Assembly: GCA_002500135.1 (NCBI GenBank)
Contig: DLSM01000004.1
Span: 25,796 to 89,795, forward strand
Direction of reading: 5' to 3'
From: Christensenella sp. UBA7862
GTDB lineage: Bacteria; Bacillota; Clostridia; Christensenellales; UBA1242
Length of the DNA stretch: 64,000 nt
Position numbers and translations under genes: made by a program. The notes beneath the pieces are model-generated. The model was not told the origin of the DNA. It saw nothing but the letters and a program-made list of their open reading frames with translations, and made no database searches. Of the stretch, positions 19,435-30,079 are shown one piece after another. Position 1 is the stretch's first letter; the number at the start of each line of letters is the position of its first letter.

Positions 19435-19809
19435 TTATTTAGCACCTTTTTTCTTTGCAACGGTCTTCTTTGGACCTTTTCTTGTTCTTGCATTTTGTTT
19501 TGTGCTTTGTCCCCTAACTGGAAGACCTTTACGATGTCTGATGCCTCTGTAGCAACCGATTTCGGAAAGAGCCTTAATGTTAAGTGACACTTCTCTTGTG
19601 AGGTCGCCTTCAACAGTGAGGTGCTTTTCGATGTAGTTTCTAAGTTGAGCAACTTGTTCTTCGCTAAGATCTTTTACACGAATGTCAGGGCTTATTTTTG
19701 TTTCATTCAAAATTTTTTGACTTGTTTTGAGTCCAATGCCTTTGATGTAGGTAAGACCGATTTCAAGTCTTTTCTCGTTTGGTAAATCAACACCAGCAAT
19801 ACGAGCCAT
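19435..19809 (-). CDS. rpsM: 30S ribosomal protein S13
   Basis: [26 protein letters not shown]...[14 protein letters not shown]. Confidence 0.95.
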   Translation of the reverse strand: MARIAGVDLPNEKRLEIGLTYIKGIGLKTSQKILNETKISPDIRVKDLSEEQVAQLRNYIEKHLTVEGDLTREVSLNIKALSEIGCYRGIRHRKGLPVRGQSTKQNARTRKGPKKTVAKKKGAK

Positions 19810-19915
19810 TTTTATTCCTCCATAAAATTAAATTAAATCCGATTATTTATTTTCACAAGTCACAGATTTGGTGCAAAAAAGCAACCAAACAGCCGCCTGT
19901 GACCATGTTGTTTGC

Positions 19916-20029
19916 TTAACCTTGAGTTTGTTTGTGCTTTTTATTTGGGCAAATAACCATAACTTTCCCTTCTCTTTTGATAACCTTGCATTTGTCGCAA
20001 ATTGGTTTTACTGATGGTCTAACTTTCAT
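19916..20029 (-). CDS. rpmJ: 50S ribosomal protein L36 (37 aa, zinc type)
   Basis: Below the ORF-track length cutoff. My own translation from the ATG at 20029 reads [37 protein letters not shown], with stop TAA at 19918-19916. It holds the canonical position between infA and rpsM. Confidence 0.9.
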   Translation of the reverse strand: MKVRPSVKPICDKCKVIKREGKVMVICPNKKHKQTQG

Positions 20030-20051
20030 TTTTTTCTCCTTATTAAATGTA

Positions 20052-20276
20052 TTAGTTTGACTTGCTTCTCCAAGTGATTCTGCCCTTTGTCAAGTCGTAA
20101 GGGCTCATTTCCACCTTAACGGAATCTCCTTCAAGGATTTTAATAAAATTCATCCTAAGTTTTCCGGAAATGTAGCAAGTGATGACATGCCCGTTTTGAA
20201 GTTTCACCTTAAAAGTTGCATTTGGCAACACTTCGGTGACAATTCCTTCCGTTTCCAAACAATCTGATTTTGGCAT
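20052..20276 (-). CDS. infA: Translation initiation factor IF-1
   Basis: [63 protein letters not shown]. Confidence 0.95.
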   Translation of the reverse strand: MPKSDCLETEGIVTEVLPNATFKVKLQNGHVITCYISGKLRMNFIKILEGDSVKVEMSPYDLTKGRITWRSKSN

Positions 20277-20303
20277 AATTTCTCCTTTTTTGCAATAGAA
20301 AAG

Positions 20304-20555
20304 TTAAATTTTTGTGCATTTTGACATGTTTTTTAAGAAAGTTGTTATTTCAAAATCCTGAAATTTATCTTTTTGCCCTTCGTAACACACGAATGTATCT
20401 TTAAGATGTTTAAGTCGTTTTTTCTTAGGGTTTGAGATTTTTCTTGTTCTGCCGTCTGCAACAAGGGCAAAGTCGCCGCAGAGGTCAATCACAACATACA
20501 CTTTTCCCACGTCATGTCCCATTTTGGACACAACAACACTGCCAATCTTCAACAC
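20304..20555 (-). CDS. KOW-domain small RNA-binding protein (83 aa)
   Basis: MLKIGSVVVSKMGHDVGKVYVVI is a KOW-like N-terminus. A gene of this type between map and infA is typical of Clostridia. Confidence 0.6.
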   Translation of the reverse strand: MLKIGSVVVSKMGHDVGKVYVVIDLCGDFALVADGRTRKISNPKKKRLKHLKDTFVCYEGQKDKFQDFEITTFLKNMSKCTKI

Positions 20556-20568
20556 AATACTCTCCTTC

Positions 20569-21303
20569 TCAAGTCAAAATTTCAACTCCAGTGTCTGTTA
20601 TAAGGACGGTGTTTTCGTAGTGAGCGGAAGGCAACCCATCGCTTGTTTTGCACGACCAGCCATGAATATCAACCTCATATGTTCCCATATTGACCATAGG
20701 TTCAATGGCGATGACCATATTCTTTTTGAGTTTTGGCCCCAGCCCTGCGTAGCCATAGTTTGGAACACTTGGGTCTTCGTGAAGATTTCTTCCCACGCCA
20801 TGACCAACCATCTCTCTCACAACTCCAAATCCATATTTTTCAACATAATTTTGGACTTGTGACGAAATGTCGCCCACTGTATTTCCTGCCTTTATCCCTT
20901 TGATGCCTTCAAAGAAACTTTGCTTTGTAACATCAATGAGTTTTTGTTTTTCAGCACTAATCTTCCCCACTGGGAAAGTTCTTGCACTATCCCCATGATA
21001 ACCCTTGTAGCAGGCACCAACATCTATTGATATTATGTCACCTTCTTCAAGAGGGACGTCATCTGGGAATCCATGCACAACCACATCATTTTTTGACGCA
21101 CAAATGGTTGCAGGAAACCCGCCATAGTGCAAAAAAGAAGGAGTTGCATTGTTCTTTTTGATAAAATCATGTGCGATTTTGTCAAGATACTTTGTTGTAA
21201 CGCCGGGCTTTACATACTTTTCCACTTCAAGAAGAGTATTTCTTGTAATTTCACCCGCTTTACGCATAAGTTCAATTTCTTTGTCCGTTTTAATTTTTAT
21301 CAT
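20569..21303 (-). CDS. map: Methionine aminopeptidase type I
   Basis: VVHGFPD, ISIDVGA, GHGVGRNLHEDP and IEPM metal-ligand motifs. Confidence 0.95.
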   Translation of the reverse strand: MIKIKTDKEIELMRKAGEITRNTLLEVEKYVKPGVTTKYLDKIAHDFIKKNNATPSFLHYGGFPATICASKNDVVVHGFPDDVPLEEGDIISIDVGACYKGYHGDSARTFPVGKISAEKQKLIDVTKQSFFEGIKGIKAGNTVGDISSQVQNYVEKYGFGVVREMVGHGVGRNLHEDPSVPNYGYAGLGPKLKKNMVIAIEPMVNMGTYEVDIHGWSCKTSDGLPSAHYENTVLITDTGVEILT

Positions 21304-21943
21304 TTTTCGCCTGTCTTTTCAAACTAGCAAGAATTTTATCCACATGTTCAAAAGTTTCTTCCTTTCCACCAAGTGAACTTACTTTTTCAAAGACATTCTT
21401 GCTTTGATAGAAATCTACAACATTTTGTGGAAGTTTTTGTTTTTCAAGTCGGTTTTTAATCGTTTCTGGCATGTCGTCTTGTCTTATAAAGACTTCGCCG
21501 CCGCATTTTTCGCATTTGCCATCAACAAGCCAACCAACATTTGTAGGATTTCCACATTTCCTACACATTCTTCTTGTGGAAAGTCGTTTTATAATTTCTT
21601 CATCATCAAGGTCAATCATAATTGCTTTGTCAATGTTTGTCACATCGTCTAGGAATTTTGATTGGTCAAGATTTCTTGGAAATCCGTCTAACACAAACCC
21701 ATTTTTGCAATCGGGTTTAGAAAGTCTATCTTTCACAACAAGATTTGTAATTTTGTCTGGCACAAGTTCACCTTTTGCAATACATTCCTCAATGCTCACG
21801 CCCAGTGGAGTTTTTTCTCGGATATTCTGTCTGAAAATGTCACCAGTGGAGATATGAGGAATGTTATATTTGTTGCAAATAAGTTCTGCTTGTGTTCCCT
21901 TCCCGCTTCCGGGAGGCCCTAAAAGCACAATTTTCATTTTCAC
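21290..21943 (-). CDS. adk: Adenylate kinase (zinc-lid type)
   Basis: P-loop LLGPPGSGKGTQA and lid CRKCG...CEKCGG. It overlaps the map start by 14 nt. Confidence 0.95.
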   Translation of the reverse strand: MKMKIVLLGPPGSGKGTQAELICNKYNIPHISTGDIFRQNIREKTPLGVSIEECIAKGELVPDKITNLVVKDRLSKPDCKNGFVLDGFPRNLDQSKFLDDVTNIDKAIMIDLDDEEIIKRLSTRRMCRKCGNPTNVGWLVDGKCEKCGGEVFIRQDDMPETIKNRLEKQKLPQNVVDFYQSKNVFEKVSSLGGKEETFEHVDKILASLKRQAKNDKN

Positions 21944-21968
21944 CCCTTTTCAAAATTGAAACTTTATC

Positions 21969-23273
21969 TTACTTCAAAAAACCTTTGTAATTTCTCATAA
22001 GCAGTTGCGCTTCGAGTTGTTTGTCAAGTTCAAGAGCAACTGAAACAACAATCAAAAGTCCTGTTGCACTGAATGCGTTTACAAGTGAGCCTGATGAGCC
22101 GATAAATGTGAAGATGAAACTTGGCACAAGGGCGATAAGCCCCAAGAATATTGCACCCCAAAGAGTAAGTCTGTTTGAAACCTTTTTGAGGTAGTCAGCG
22201 GTTGTTTTGCCTGGTCTATAACCTGGGATAAAGCCGCCGTTTTGTTGAATTTGTCTTGAAACGTCCTCTGGGTTAAAGCTGATTTGTGAATAGAAATATG
22301 AGAACAACAAGATAAGAATTGCGACCAAAATTGTATATGGCCATGTGCCAGCACCCATATTCTCTGCATACCACCTATATGCACTGCCTTCTTCGGTGCT
22401 ATACCAGAAGATGCTCATGACAAGTTGTGGAAAACTTATAAGTGCTGTTGCAAAGATGATTGGCATAACGCCTGAAGCGTTGATTTTGATAGGAATGTTG
22501 GTGTTTTGTCCACCATACATTTTTCTGCCTTTCATTTGCTTTGCATATTGAACTGGAATTCTTCTTTCTGCACTGTCAATCCAGACAATAAAGCCAAAGA
22601 TAAGAACGAGCAAAGCGAAGAATATAAGCAATGTCCAAATGTTTTCAAGATTGGAACTTGAAATGCCTGCGATATTGTTGAAGATTGCTTGTCCAGCAGA
22701 GGAAAGCAAACCAACGAAAATCAGGAGTGACAATCCGTTTCCAATTCCGAGTGCGGTGATTTTTTCGCCAAGCCAAACAGTGAACATAGAGCCAGCGGTC
22801 AAAATGCACACAACAAGAGCGCCTGTTGCCCAAGTTGAGCCGAAGAACACTGCACTATCCAAACTGCTTGCCCCGAAACTAACAACTATGCCAACGCTTT
22901 GGATAATTGCCAAAATCAAAGCACAAATTCTGGTGTATGCTGAAATCTTTTTTCTTCCGTCTTCACCTTGTTTTGAAAGTCTTTCCAGCGATGGAATAGC
23001 AACTGTCAAAAGTTGGATAATGATGGAAGCGTTGATATAAGGCACAACACCCAATGCTAACACTGCCCCACTGGCAAGTGCGCCACCACTTACGGCACTT
23101 ATGATATTCAAAAAGTCGCCGCCTGAAGTGATTGCTGATTTAAATGTGTCAAGCTTAATGCCAGGGGTTGGCAACCAGCAGCCAATCCTATAAACAAGCA
23201 ACAAAAGTAAAGTAAATATGATTTTTCTTCTCACATCTTTAATTTTAAATGCTTCTTTAAGGTTCTTAAACAT
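21969..23273 (-). CDS. secY: Preprotein translocase subunit SecY
   Basis: 434 aa and 10 transmembrane segments. Motifs GIxP.INASIIIQLL and GVMPIIFA. Located between rplO and adk. Confidence 0.95.
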   Translation of the reverse strand: MFKNLKEAFKIKDVRRKIIFTLLLLLVYRIGCWLPTPGIKLDTFKSAITSGGDFLNIISAVSGGALASGAVLALGVVPYINASIIIQLLTVAIPSLERLSKQGEDGRKKISAYTRICALILAIIQSVGIVVSFGASSLDSAVFFGSTWATGALVVCILTAGSMFTVWLGEKITALGIGNGLSLLIFVGLLSSAGQAIFNNIAGISSSNLENIWTLLIFFALLVLIFGFIVWIDSAERRIPVQYAKQMKGRKMYGGQNTNIPIKINASGVMPIIFATALISFPQLVMSIFWYSTEEGSAYRWYAENMGAGTWPYTILVAILILLFSYFYSQISFNPEDVSRQIQQNGGFIPGYRPGKTTADYLKKVSNRLTLWGAIFLGLIALVPSFIFTFIGSSGSLVNAFSATGLLIVVSVALELDKQLEAQLLMRNYKGFLK

Positions 23274-23719
23274 TAGACCTCCTCAAATTTGCCTTGTGCG
23301 TCCTGAATTTTCTTCTTTGCGGTTTCTGAAAATTTGTTTGCTTTAACTGTCAAAGCTTTTTCAAGTTTGCCATTTCCAAGAACTTTAACGCCATATTTTT
23401 CGATTTTGGAAACAATTCCTTTTTCAACAATAGCGTTAGCGTCAACAACAGAGTTTTCGTCAAATCTGTTAAGGTCGGAAACATTCACAACTGTGTAAAC
23501 TTTTTTGAAGTCTGCATTTGTAAAGCCACGTCTTGGCAATTTTCTGATAAGAGGCATTTGACCGCCTTCAAATCCAACACGAACACCGCCCCCGCTTCTG
23601 GCATTTTGTCCTTTGTGACCTTTGCCGCTTGTTTTGCCAACGCCACTTCCAATGCCACGTCCAAGTCTTTTCTTTGAAAATCTTGAATTTTCAGCAGGTT
23701 TCAATGATTGAATGTTCAT
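23273..23719 (-). CDS. rplO: 50S ribosomal protein L15
   Basis: [27 protein letters not shown]. Confidence 0.95.
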   Translation of the reverse strand: MNIQSLKPAENSRFSKKRLGRGIGSGVGKTSGKGHKGQNARSGGGVRVGFEGGQMPLIRKLPRRGFTNADFKKVYTVVNVSDLNRFDENSVVDANAIVEKGIVSKIEKYGVKVLGNGKLEKALTVKANKFSETAKKKIQDAQGKFEEV

Positions 23720-23752
23720 TTAACTTTCTCCTTTCACGAAATTTTTTGAAAT

Positions 23753-23968
23753 TTAGTCGATTTCTTCAACCTTAACCAAGTGTTTGACCTTGAAAAGGCT
23801 TCCCTTAATGCAATCGTTGTTAGGGAAAATTTTTGTTGTGCCGAGTTTTGTAAGTCCCAATGCTTCCAAGATTTTGGCTTGGCGTTTGTCAAACCCAATG
23901 ACACTTCTAACATAAGTAACTTTAAGTTGTCCCATGTTTTTTGCTTTCTTTGTGGTTTTCTTTTCCAT
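23753..23968 (-). CDS. rpmD: 50S ribosomal protein L30 with an 11-aa K-rich N-terminal extension
   Basis: LKVTYVRSVIGFDKRQAKILEALGL. The ATG at 23968 has GGGAGAAGAG upstream. The internal ATG at 23935, which would give the canonical length, has no SD. Confidence 0.85.
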   Translation of the reverse strand: MEKKTTKKAKNMGQLKVTYVRSVIGFDKRQAKILEALGLTKLGTTKIFPNNDCIKGSLFKVKHLVKVEEID

Positions 23969-23986
23969 TTTCTCTTCTCCCTAGCA

Positions 23987-24664
23987 TTAAATTTCTTCTG
24001 GTGATTTGCCACGAAGTGCGGCAATTTCTTCACGTGTTCTAAGAAGTTTCAAGCCTTCAAGAGTGGCTTTAACTCCGTTGATTTTGTTGTTTGAGCCATG
24101 AGCCTTTGTAACGATATCTTTAATTCCAGCAAGTTCAACCACTGCTCTTGCACTTCCGCCGGCGATAACACCAGTTCCTTGAGGTGCTGGGAACATGTGA
24201 ACATTTGATGAACCGAATTTTCCGATAACATTGTGTGGAATTGTTGTTCCAACGATAGGCACAGAAATCAAATTCTTTTTTGCAGCGGCAGTCGCTTTTT
24301 CAACTGCTTCTGGAACTTCGTTTGCCTTGCCGATTCCAACACCAACAAGACCATTTTTATTTCCAACAACTACAAGCGCACTAAATCTAAGTGTTCTTCC
24401 GCCTTTAACAACCTTAGCAACACGTCTAACTTCAACAAGTTTCTTATCGAATTCGCTGTCTTCCTTCTTTGGAGCAACTTTTTCTTGTTTTCTCTTGTCG
24501 AATTTCTTGTTACCTTGTTTGCGGTCTTGAGGATTGTCAACTTTAACAGTTGATTTCTCAACTTTTGCAGGTTTCTTTGCAACAACTTCTTCTTGTGCTG
24601 TTTGTTCAACTTTTTCTTCAACAGCATTTTCTTGTAGAACTTCGTTTTCCATATTTTCCTCCAT
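23987..24664 (-). CDS. rpsE: 30S ribosomal protein S5 with an N-terminal extension of about 65 aa
   Basis: Core [34 protein letters not shown], preceded by the acidic then basic stretch [62 protein letters not shown]. Confidence 0.9.
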   Translation of the reverse strand: MEENMENEVLQENAVEEKVEQTAQEEVVAKKPAKVEKSTVKVDNPQDRKQGNKKFDKRKQEKVAPKKEDSEFDKKLVEVRRVAKVVKGGRTLRFSALVVVGNKNGLVGVGIGKANEVPEAVEKATAAAKKNLISVPIVGTTIPHNVIGKFGSSNVHMFPAPQGTGVIAGGSARAVVELAGIKDIVTKAHGSNNKINGVKATLEGLKLLRTREEIAALRGKSPEEI

Positions 24665-25032
24665 TAGAATTCCAAACCTGCCTTTCTTGCACCTTCAGCC
24701 AGTTGCAACACTCTGCCTGTATAGAGGTATCCACCTCTGTCAAACACCACAGTTTTGATTTTCTTTTTAAGTGCCAATTTTCCGATAAGTTCGCCAACAG
24801 CATATGCTTGTTCACTTTTTGACTTACCCTTAATGTCGTTTGCGATTTCTTTAGACAAAGTTGAAGCACTGCAAAGAGTTTTGCCATTTTCGTCATCTAT
24901 AATCTGAGCATAGATGTTTGTTGTGCTTCTGTAAACATTAAGCCTTGGAGCAGCCTTTGTGCCAAAAATGTTTTTTCTTACTCTAAGATGTCTTTTAACT
25001 CTCTTAGCGTTTTTGTTTTCTTTATTAATCAT
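24664..25032 (-). CDS. rplR: 50S ribosomal protein L18
   Basis: [18 protein letters not shown]...[26 protein letters not shown]. Confidence 0.95.
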   Translation of the reverse strand: MINKENKNAKRVKRHLRVRKNIFGTKAAPRLNVYRSTTNIYAQIIDDENGKTLCSASTLSKEIANDIKGKSKSEQAYAVGELIGKLALKKKIKTVVFDRGGYLYTGRVLQLAEGARKAGLEF

Positions 25033-25050
25033 TTTTTCTCTCCACTATGC

Positions 25051-25596
25051 TTATTTCTTACCTGAAACTTTTCCGACTTTTTTGATAACGACTTCGTCGC
25101 TGTATCTGATGCCATATGCGTGATATGGTTCAACAGGTCTAATTCCTCTTACCATAGCTGCGAATTGACCCACAGCTTCGTTTGAAATGCCTTTTACAAC
25201 GATTGTTGTTGCATCTGGACATTCAAGGGTTATCCCTGCAATTTCTTGAACTTCCACAGGGTGTGAAAATCCAACATTCAAAACAACTTTATTGCCTTGT
25301 TTTTGGGCTTTGTAACCAACACCGTTTATAACAAGTGATTTAGAAAATCCATCTGAAACACCTTTAACCATGTTAGCAATCAACATTCTGTAAAGCCCGT
25401 GTTTTGCTTTGCAATCATTGGAATCATTTGGACGAGTAACAATAACTTCATTGTCCTTAACCTCCACTTTGATAAGTTTGTCAACTTCGCGTGAAAGTGT
25501 TCCAAGTTTTCCTGTAACAGTTACCAAATTGTTTGAGTCAACTTTAACCTCAACCCCGCTTGGTATGGCAACTGGCATTCTTCCTATTCTAGACAT
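25051..25596 (-). CDS. rplF: 50S ribosomal protein L6
   Basis: The track ORF extends to 25644. I place the start at ATG 25596 (MSRIGRMPVAIPSGVEVKV), which has AAGGAGG 9 nt upstream and does not overlap rpsH. Confidence 0.9.
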   Translation of the reverse strand: MSRIGRMPVAIPSGVEVKVDSNNLVTVTGKLGTLSREVDKLIKVEVKDNEVIVTRPNDSNDCKAKHGLYRMLIANMVKGVSDGFSKSLVINGVGYKAQKQGNKVVLNVGFSHPVEVQEIAGITLECPDATTIVVKGISNEAVGQFAAMVRGIRPVEPYHAYGIRYSDEVVIKKVGKVSGKK

Positions 25597-25609
25597 TTCC
25601 CTTTCCTCC

Positions 25610-26008
25610 TTACCAAACGAAAGCCAAGACTTCGCCGCCAACATTTTGGCTTCTAGCCTCTTTATCCGTCATAATTCCTTTGTTTGTTGAAACGATTGCA
25701 ATTCCCAAACCGTTAAGAACTCTTGGAATGTCGTTACATTCTGCATAAACTCTGAGTCCTGGTTTTGAAATTCTCTTAAGTCCTTGAATAACTTTTTCAC
25801 CATTTGGACCATATTTCAAAACAATTTTGATTGATTTGTAGTTGCCGTCATCAACAAGTTCATATTTTTCAATGTAACCTTCGTTAAAAAGGATTTCAGC
25901 AATAGCCTTTTTTGTCTTTGAAGCAGGAACTGTAACTTCAGTTCTTTTAATAGTCAACGCATTTCTTATGCGAGTGAGCATATCTGCGATTGGATCTGTA
26001 ACTATCAT
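25610..26008 (-). CDS. rpsH: 30S ribosomal protein S8
   Basis: [17 protein letters not shown]...GGEVLAFVW. Confidence 0.95.
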   Translation of the reverse strand: MIVTDPIADMLTRIRNALTIKRTEVTVPASKTKKAIAEILFNEGYIEKYELVDDGNYKSIKIVLKYGPNGEKVIQGLKRISKPGLRVYAECNDIPRVLNGLGIAIVSTNKGIMTDKEARSQNVGGEVLAFVW

Positions 26009-26023
26009 TTTTCTCTTTCTCCT

Positions 26024-26209
26024 TTACCAACTAGCCTTTTTAACACCAGGTATTTCGCCTTTGTAAGCCAAATTTCTAAAGCAAATTCTGCAAATTCCAT
26101 ACTTTTTTAGAACAGCATGTGGACGTCCACAAATGGAACATCTTGTGTACTCTCTAGTTTTGTATTTTTGCTCTCTTTGCTGTTTGTTTATCATTGCTTT
26201 TCTTGCCAT
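26024..26209 (-). CDS. rpsN: 30S ribosomal protein S14 type Z (zinc-binding, 61 aa)
   Basis: [38 protein letters not shown]. Confidence 0.95.
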   Translation of the reverse strand: MARKAMINKQQREQKYKTREYTRCSICGRPHAVLKKYGICRICFRNLAYKGEIPGVKKASW

Positions 26210-26237
26210 AATTTTTTGCTTCCTTTTCCTCTAAAAA

Positions 26238-26804
26238 TTATCTCTTTGCAAAAGGCATTCCGAATCCTTGAAGGAGAGCATATGCCTCTTTGTCAGTTTT
26301 GGCAGTGGTAACAATGATAACATCCATACCTCTGACTTTGTCGACTTTTTCATATGAAATTTCTGGGAATATAAGTTGTTCCTTAATGCCCAATGCGTAG
26401 TTTCCTCTGCCGTCAAAAGCCTTTGGATTTACGCCCTTAAAGTCCCTAACTCTTGGAAGTGCGATAGAGATAAGTCTGTCCAAAAATTCATACATTGTGT
26501 TGCCACGAAGTGTAACTTTTGCACCAATTTTTTGTCCTTCTCTCACTTTAAAGTTAGAAACTGATTTTCTTGCCAAGGTTGCTATTGCTTTTTGTCCAGT
26601 GATTTGAGTAAGTTCATCAAGTGCTAGATTAAAGCTTTTTGAGTTATCCTTAACTTCGCCAAGTCCCATGCAAACAACGATTTTCTCGAGTTTTGGGATT
26701 TCCATAACGTTTTTATATGCAAACTCTTTTTGCAATGCAGGAGCAATGGTTGATTTGTAATAATCACGAAGTCTTGCATTATTTGTTGATTTCTTTTCTG
26801 CCAT
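26238..26804 (-). CDS. rplE: 50S ribosomal protein L5
   Basis: [18 protein letters not shown]...VCMGLGE...[14 protein letters not shown]. Confidence 0.95.
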   Translation of the reverse strand: MAEKKSTNNARLRDYYKSTIAPALQKEFAYKNVMEIPKLEKIVVCMGLGEVKDNSKSFNLALDELTQITGQKAIATLARKSVSNFKVREGQKIGAKVTLRGNTMYEFLDRLISIALPRVRDFKGVNPKAFDGRGNYALGIKEQLIFPEISYEKVDKVRGMDVIIVTTAKTDKEAYALLQGFGMPFAKR

Positions 26805-26813
26805 TTTTTCCTC

Positions 26814-27353
26814 CTACTTCCCTGTCTTTTCAGAAGCTGGTTGCTTCTTAGTTTCTTTCTTTACAGCGGTTTTTGCTGTTGTTTTCTTTTCTGCAGTTTT
26901 TGCAGCGGTTTTCTTTGCTGCTGGCTTTTTTGCTTCTGCTTTCACAGCGTCATCTGCCTTAACTTCTGCAGTTTTAACTTTCTTTGCTGGAGCGTCAGAT
27001 TTTTCAGCCTTTGCTTTTGGAGCAGCTTTCTTTGTATCAAGTGATGCTCCACATTTTTTGCAAACTCTAACCTTGTCGCCTTTAGCGTTCACGTCCATTT
27101 TAACACGAGTTGCTTTGTCGCAATTTGGGCAAACAATCATAACATTGCTGTTGTCAATTTTGCCTTCTTTCTTGACAATTCCACCCTTGTCTTGAGCAGA
27201 CTTTGGTTTGTTGTGTTTAACAATCATGTTAAGACCTTTAACAGTCACTTTCCCTTCAGTTGGGAAACATTCAAGCACAGTGCCTTTTTTACCATTTTCT
27301 TTTCCAGTGAGAACAACAACATTGTCGCCTCTTTTAACATTCAACTTTGCCAT
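26814..27353 (-). CDS. rplX: 50S ribosomal protein L24 with a Cys4 zinc ribbon and a 70-aa K/A-rich C-terminal tail
   Basis: KOW motif KRGDNVVVLTGKENGKKGTV, then CPNC...CKKC, then the tail AAPKAKAEKSDAPAKKVKTAEVKADDAVKAEAKKPAAKKTAAKTAEKKTTAKTAVKKETKK. The protein is 179 aa, against about 105 for a typical L24. Confidence 0.9.
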   Translation of the reverse strand: MAKLNVKRGDNVVVLTGKENGKKGTVLECFPTEGKVTVKGLNMIVKHNKPKSAQDKGGIVKKEGKIDNSNVMIVCPNCDKATRVKMDVNAKGDKVRVCKKCGASLDTKKAAPKAKAEKSDAPAKKVKTAEVKADDAVKAEAKKPAAKKTAAKTAEKKTTAKTAVKKETKKQPASEKTGK

Positions 27354-27367
27354 CTATTGTTTCCTCC

Positions 27368-27736
27368 TTAAAGAACCTCAGGAGCAAGAGAAACGATTTT
27401 CATATAACCATTTTCTCTAAGTTCCCTAGCAACTGGCCCAAAAATACGTGTGCCACGTGGTTGTTTTTGGTTGTCGATAATGACTGCTGCATTGTCGTCA
27501 AATCTGATTGAAGAACCGTCATTTCTGAGGACTCCTTTGCTTGTTCTGACGATAACCGCTTTAACAACGTCACCTTTTTTAACAACACCGCCTGGTGTTG
27601 CTTTTTTGACAGAGGCAATAATCACATCTCCAATATTGCCACTTCTTCTGAAAGACCCGCCAAGAACTCTTATGCACATAATAACTTTTGCACCAGTGTT
27701 GTCAGCGACTTTAAGCCTTGTTTGTGGTTGAATCAT
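27368..27736 (-). CDS. rplN: 50S ribosomal protein L14
   Basis: [17 protein letters not shown]... Confidence 0.95.
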   Translation of the reverse strand: MIQPQTRLKVADNTGAKVIMCIRVLGGSFRRSGNIGDVIIASVKKATPGGVVKKGDVVKAVIVRTSKGVLRNDGSSIRFDDNAAVIIDNQKQPRGTRIFGPVARELRENGYMKIVSLAPEVL

Positions 27737-27754
27737 GTTCTATTTCCTCCTGTA

Positions 27755-28024
27755 TTACTTAGCTTTTTCGATTATTCTAAGAAGTCTGAAGTGAGTTGTT
27801 TTGCTTATTGGTCTTGTTTCCATAATTTCAACAGTGTCACCAATTTTGCATTCATTATTTTCATCGTGTGCTTTAAATTTCTTAGTTATCTTAACGACTT
27901 TTTTGTAAAGTGGGTGTTTTACGTTTGAAACGACGGAAACAACGATTGTCTTATCCATCTTGTCACTAACGACAACACCTATTTTTGTTTTTCTGTTATT
28001 TCTTTTTTCTTCCATCTCGTTCAC
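27755..28024 (-). CDS. rpsQ: 30S ribosomal protein S17
   Basis: [18 protein letters not shown]...HPLYKK...[13 protein letters not shown]. Confidence 0.95.
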   Translation of the reverse strand: MNEMEEKRNNRKTKIGVVVSDKMDKTIVVSVVSNVKHPLYKKVVKITKKFKAHDENNECKIGDTVEIMETRPISKTTHFRLLRIIEKAK

Positions 28025-28026
28025 TC

Positions 28027-28251
28027 CTATGCCTTAACCTTTTTATCGACCTCAGCAGTCTTGCCAAGTTCTCTTTCGGTAAGAACAGTTTTGATTTTTG
28101 CAATGTCTTTTTTCAAAGAGTTCAAAAGCATTGGATTTGCAAGGTTTCCTGTTGCATGTTGAAATCTAAGATTGAAGAGTTCAGTTTTTGTAGCGACCAA
28201 TTTTGCATTAAGTTCATCGTTGGTCATGCTTCTAATATCTTTTATTTTCAT
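28027..28251 (-). CDS. rpmC: 50S ribosomal protein L29
   Basis: [25 protein letters not shown]. Confidence 0.9.
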   Translation of the reverse strand: MKIKDIRSMTNDELNAKLVATKTELFNLRFQHATGNLANPMLLNSLKKDIAKIKTVLTERELGKTAEVDKKVKA

Positions 28252-28706
28252 TAAACTGCACCACCTTCCACAATGTTTTCTTCAGTTTTAGCAGTGGATT
28301 GTTCTCTGGAGATAATCTTGGTTACGCAAGGAAGTTTGTGAGAAGCAAGTCTTAATGCTTCTTTTGCAACAGCCTCGTCAACGCCCTTAATTTCAAAGAG
28401 CACTCTGCCAGGTTTTACAACTGCAACCCAATATTCTGGGTTTCCCTTTCCGCTACCCATACGAGTTTCGGCAGGTTTTTTAGTGATTGGCTTGTCTGGG
28501 AAAATATCAATCCACACTTTGCCACCACGTTTTGTGTATCTTGTCATAGCGATACGAGCGGCCTCAATTTGGTTGGAAGTAATCCAGCATGGTTCAGTTG
28601 ATTGCAAGCCATAATCGCCATAAGCGAGTTTGTTTCCACGGGTTGCAACACCTCTCATTCTGCCACGTTGAACTTTTCTTCTTTTCACTCTTTTTGGCAT
28701 TAACAT
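28251..28706 (-). CDS. rplP: 50S ribosomal protein L16
   Basis: [19 protein letters not shown]... Confidence 0.95.
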   Translation of the reverse strand: MLMPKRVKRRKVQRGRMRGVATRGNKLAYGDYGLQSTEPCWITSNQIEAARIAMTRYTKRGGKVWIDIFPDKPITKKPAETRMGSGKGNPEYWVAVVKPGRVLFEIKGVDEAVAKEALRLASHKLPCVTKIISREQSTAKTEENIVEGGAV

Positions 28707-29371
28707 TAGACGTTACCTCCTTTTTCAGCAGGAACTTTCTTTGAGAAAATCTCACCGTTATACACCCAAACTTTAATTCCCAAAATTCCGAATGTTGTTT
28801 TTGCTTGTGCAAAACCGTAGTCGATGTCTGCTCTCAAAGTTTGAAGAGGAAGGCTTCCTTGGTGATATTGTTCTGTTCTAGCAATGTCTGCCCCGTCAAG
28901 ACGGCCAGCGACCATAGTTTTGATACCTTTAACGCCCGCTTTCGTTGCCTTTTGCATAGCCATTTTCATAGCACGTCTGAAGTGAACACGCTTTTCAAGT
29001 TGGCTTGCAATGCTTTCAGCAATCAAAGTTGCGTCAGCATCTGGATTTTTAACTTCTTTGATGTTGATTGAGATTGAATCAGCAGAAGTCAATTTCATAA
29101 TTTCTTTTTTGAGGGCTTCAACGCCAGCACCTTTTTGTCCGATAAGAACACCTGGGCGAGCGGTGTAGATAGAAACGATAACTCTTTTTGCAGTTCTTTC
29201 AATAACGATTTTTGAAATAGCGCAAGCAAAGTATTTTTTCTTGATAAAAGTTCTTATGGTGTTATCTTCTTTAAGATACTTAGCAAAATCAGCTTTGCCA
29301 ACATACCACAAGGAACTCCAGCCCTTATTGATACCTATTCTAAGTCCGTTTGGACTAACTTTTTGTCCCAT
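28706..29371 (-). CDS. rpsC: 30S ribosomal protein S3
   Basis: [18 protein letters not shown]...[10 protein letters not shown]. Confidence 0.95.
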   Translation of the reverse strand: MGQKVSPNGLRIGINKGWSSLWYVGKADFAKYLKEDNTIRTFIKKKYFACAISKIVIERTAKRVIVSIYTARPGVLIGQKGAGVEALKKEIMKLTSADSISINIKEVKNPDADATLIAESIASQLEKRVHFRRAMKMAMQKATKAGVKGIKTMVAGRLDGADIARTEQYHQGSLPLQTLRADIDYGFAQAKTTFGILGIKVWVYNGEIFSKKVPAEKGGNV

Positions 29372-29385
29372 ATCTATGCTCTCCC

Positions 29386-29772
29386 TTACTTAACTGTGTC
29401 CAATATAACAGTTATATTGCTTGTTCTTTTTAAGATTTGGTCAACTCTGCCTCTGCCACGAATGTTTTGTCTTTTATAAGTTGGGCCTTGACCAGAGTAA
29501 ATTTCTGCAACATAAAGGTCTTGTTTGTTAAGTCCTTTGTTGTTTTCAGCGTTTGCACCAGCAGATTCAACCACTTTGCAAATGAGATCAGCAGCCTTGT
29601 TTGGAGTATTTTTCAAAATAGCAACTGCTTCATTGTAACCCTTTCCTCTTACAAGGTCCATAACAATGTCAAGTTTTGAAGAACTAAGTCTTAAAAACTT
29701 TGTTTTTGCATATGGTCTTGTGTCACGAGTTTGGTTTATTTTTTCTGTTTTTTCTTTAATTCTCTTTGCCAT
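29386..29772 (-). CDS. rplV: 50S ribosomal protein L22
   Basis: [23 protein letters not shown]..., located between rpsS and rpsC. Confidence 0.9.
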   Translation of the reverse strand: MAKRIKEKTEKINQTRDTRPYAKTKFLRLSSSKLDIVMDLVRGKGYNEAVAILKNTPNKAADLICKVVESAGANAENNKGLNKQDLYVAEIYSGQGPTYKRQNIRGRGRVDQILKRTSNITVILDTVK

Positions 29773-29783
29773 TTCCCTTCTCC

Positions 29784-30059
29784 TTATTTGCCCTTAGCCT
29801 TGTCTGCGCCGTGGCCTCTAAAAGTTCTGGTTGGAGCAAATTCGCCAAGTTTATGTCCAACCATTTCGGCTGTGCAGTAAACTGGAATGTGCTTCTTTCC
29901 ATTGTGAACAGCGATTGTGTGTCCAACGAAGTCTGGATAAATGACAGATGCTCTTGACCAAGTTTTCACAGGTTTCTTTGTGTTAGACTCGTTCATTTCT
30001 TTGATGCGATTGAACAATCTTTGTTCAACGTATGGTTTTTTCTTTAATGATCTACTCAT
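29784..30059 (-). CDS. rpsS: 30S ribosomal protein S19
   Basis: [12 protein letters not shown]...[16 protein letters not shown]. Confidence 0.95.
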   Translation of the reverse strand: MSRSLKKKPYVEQRLFNRIKEMNESNTKKPVKTWSRASVIYPDFVGHTIAVHNGKKHIPVYCTAEMVGHKLGEFAPTRTFRGHGADKAKGK

Positions 30060-30079
30060 CTTTCATAACTCCTCGTAGT

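Noticed and set aside
19871-19915. Possible hairpin plus T-run between rpmJ and rpsM (an internal attenuator of the spc/alpha junction).
   Set aside because: I could not find a convincing contiguous stem, only 4-5 bp segments. The T-run alone is insufficient.
23734-24033. 99-aa minus-strand ORF overlapping rpmD in another frame.
   Set aside because: The rpmD frame gives the conserved L30 core. The alternative frame has no recognisable content and would overlap the rpsE stop.
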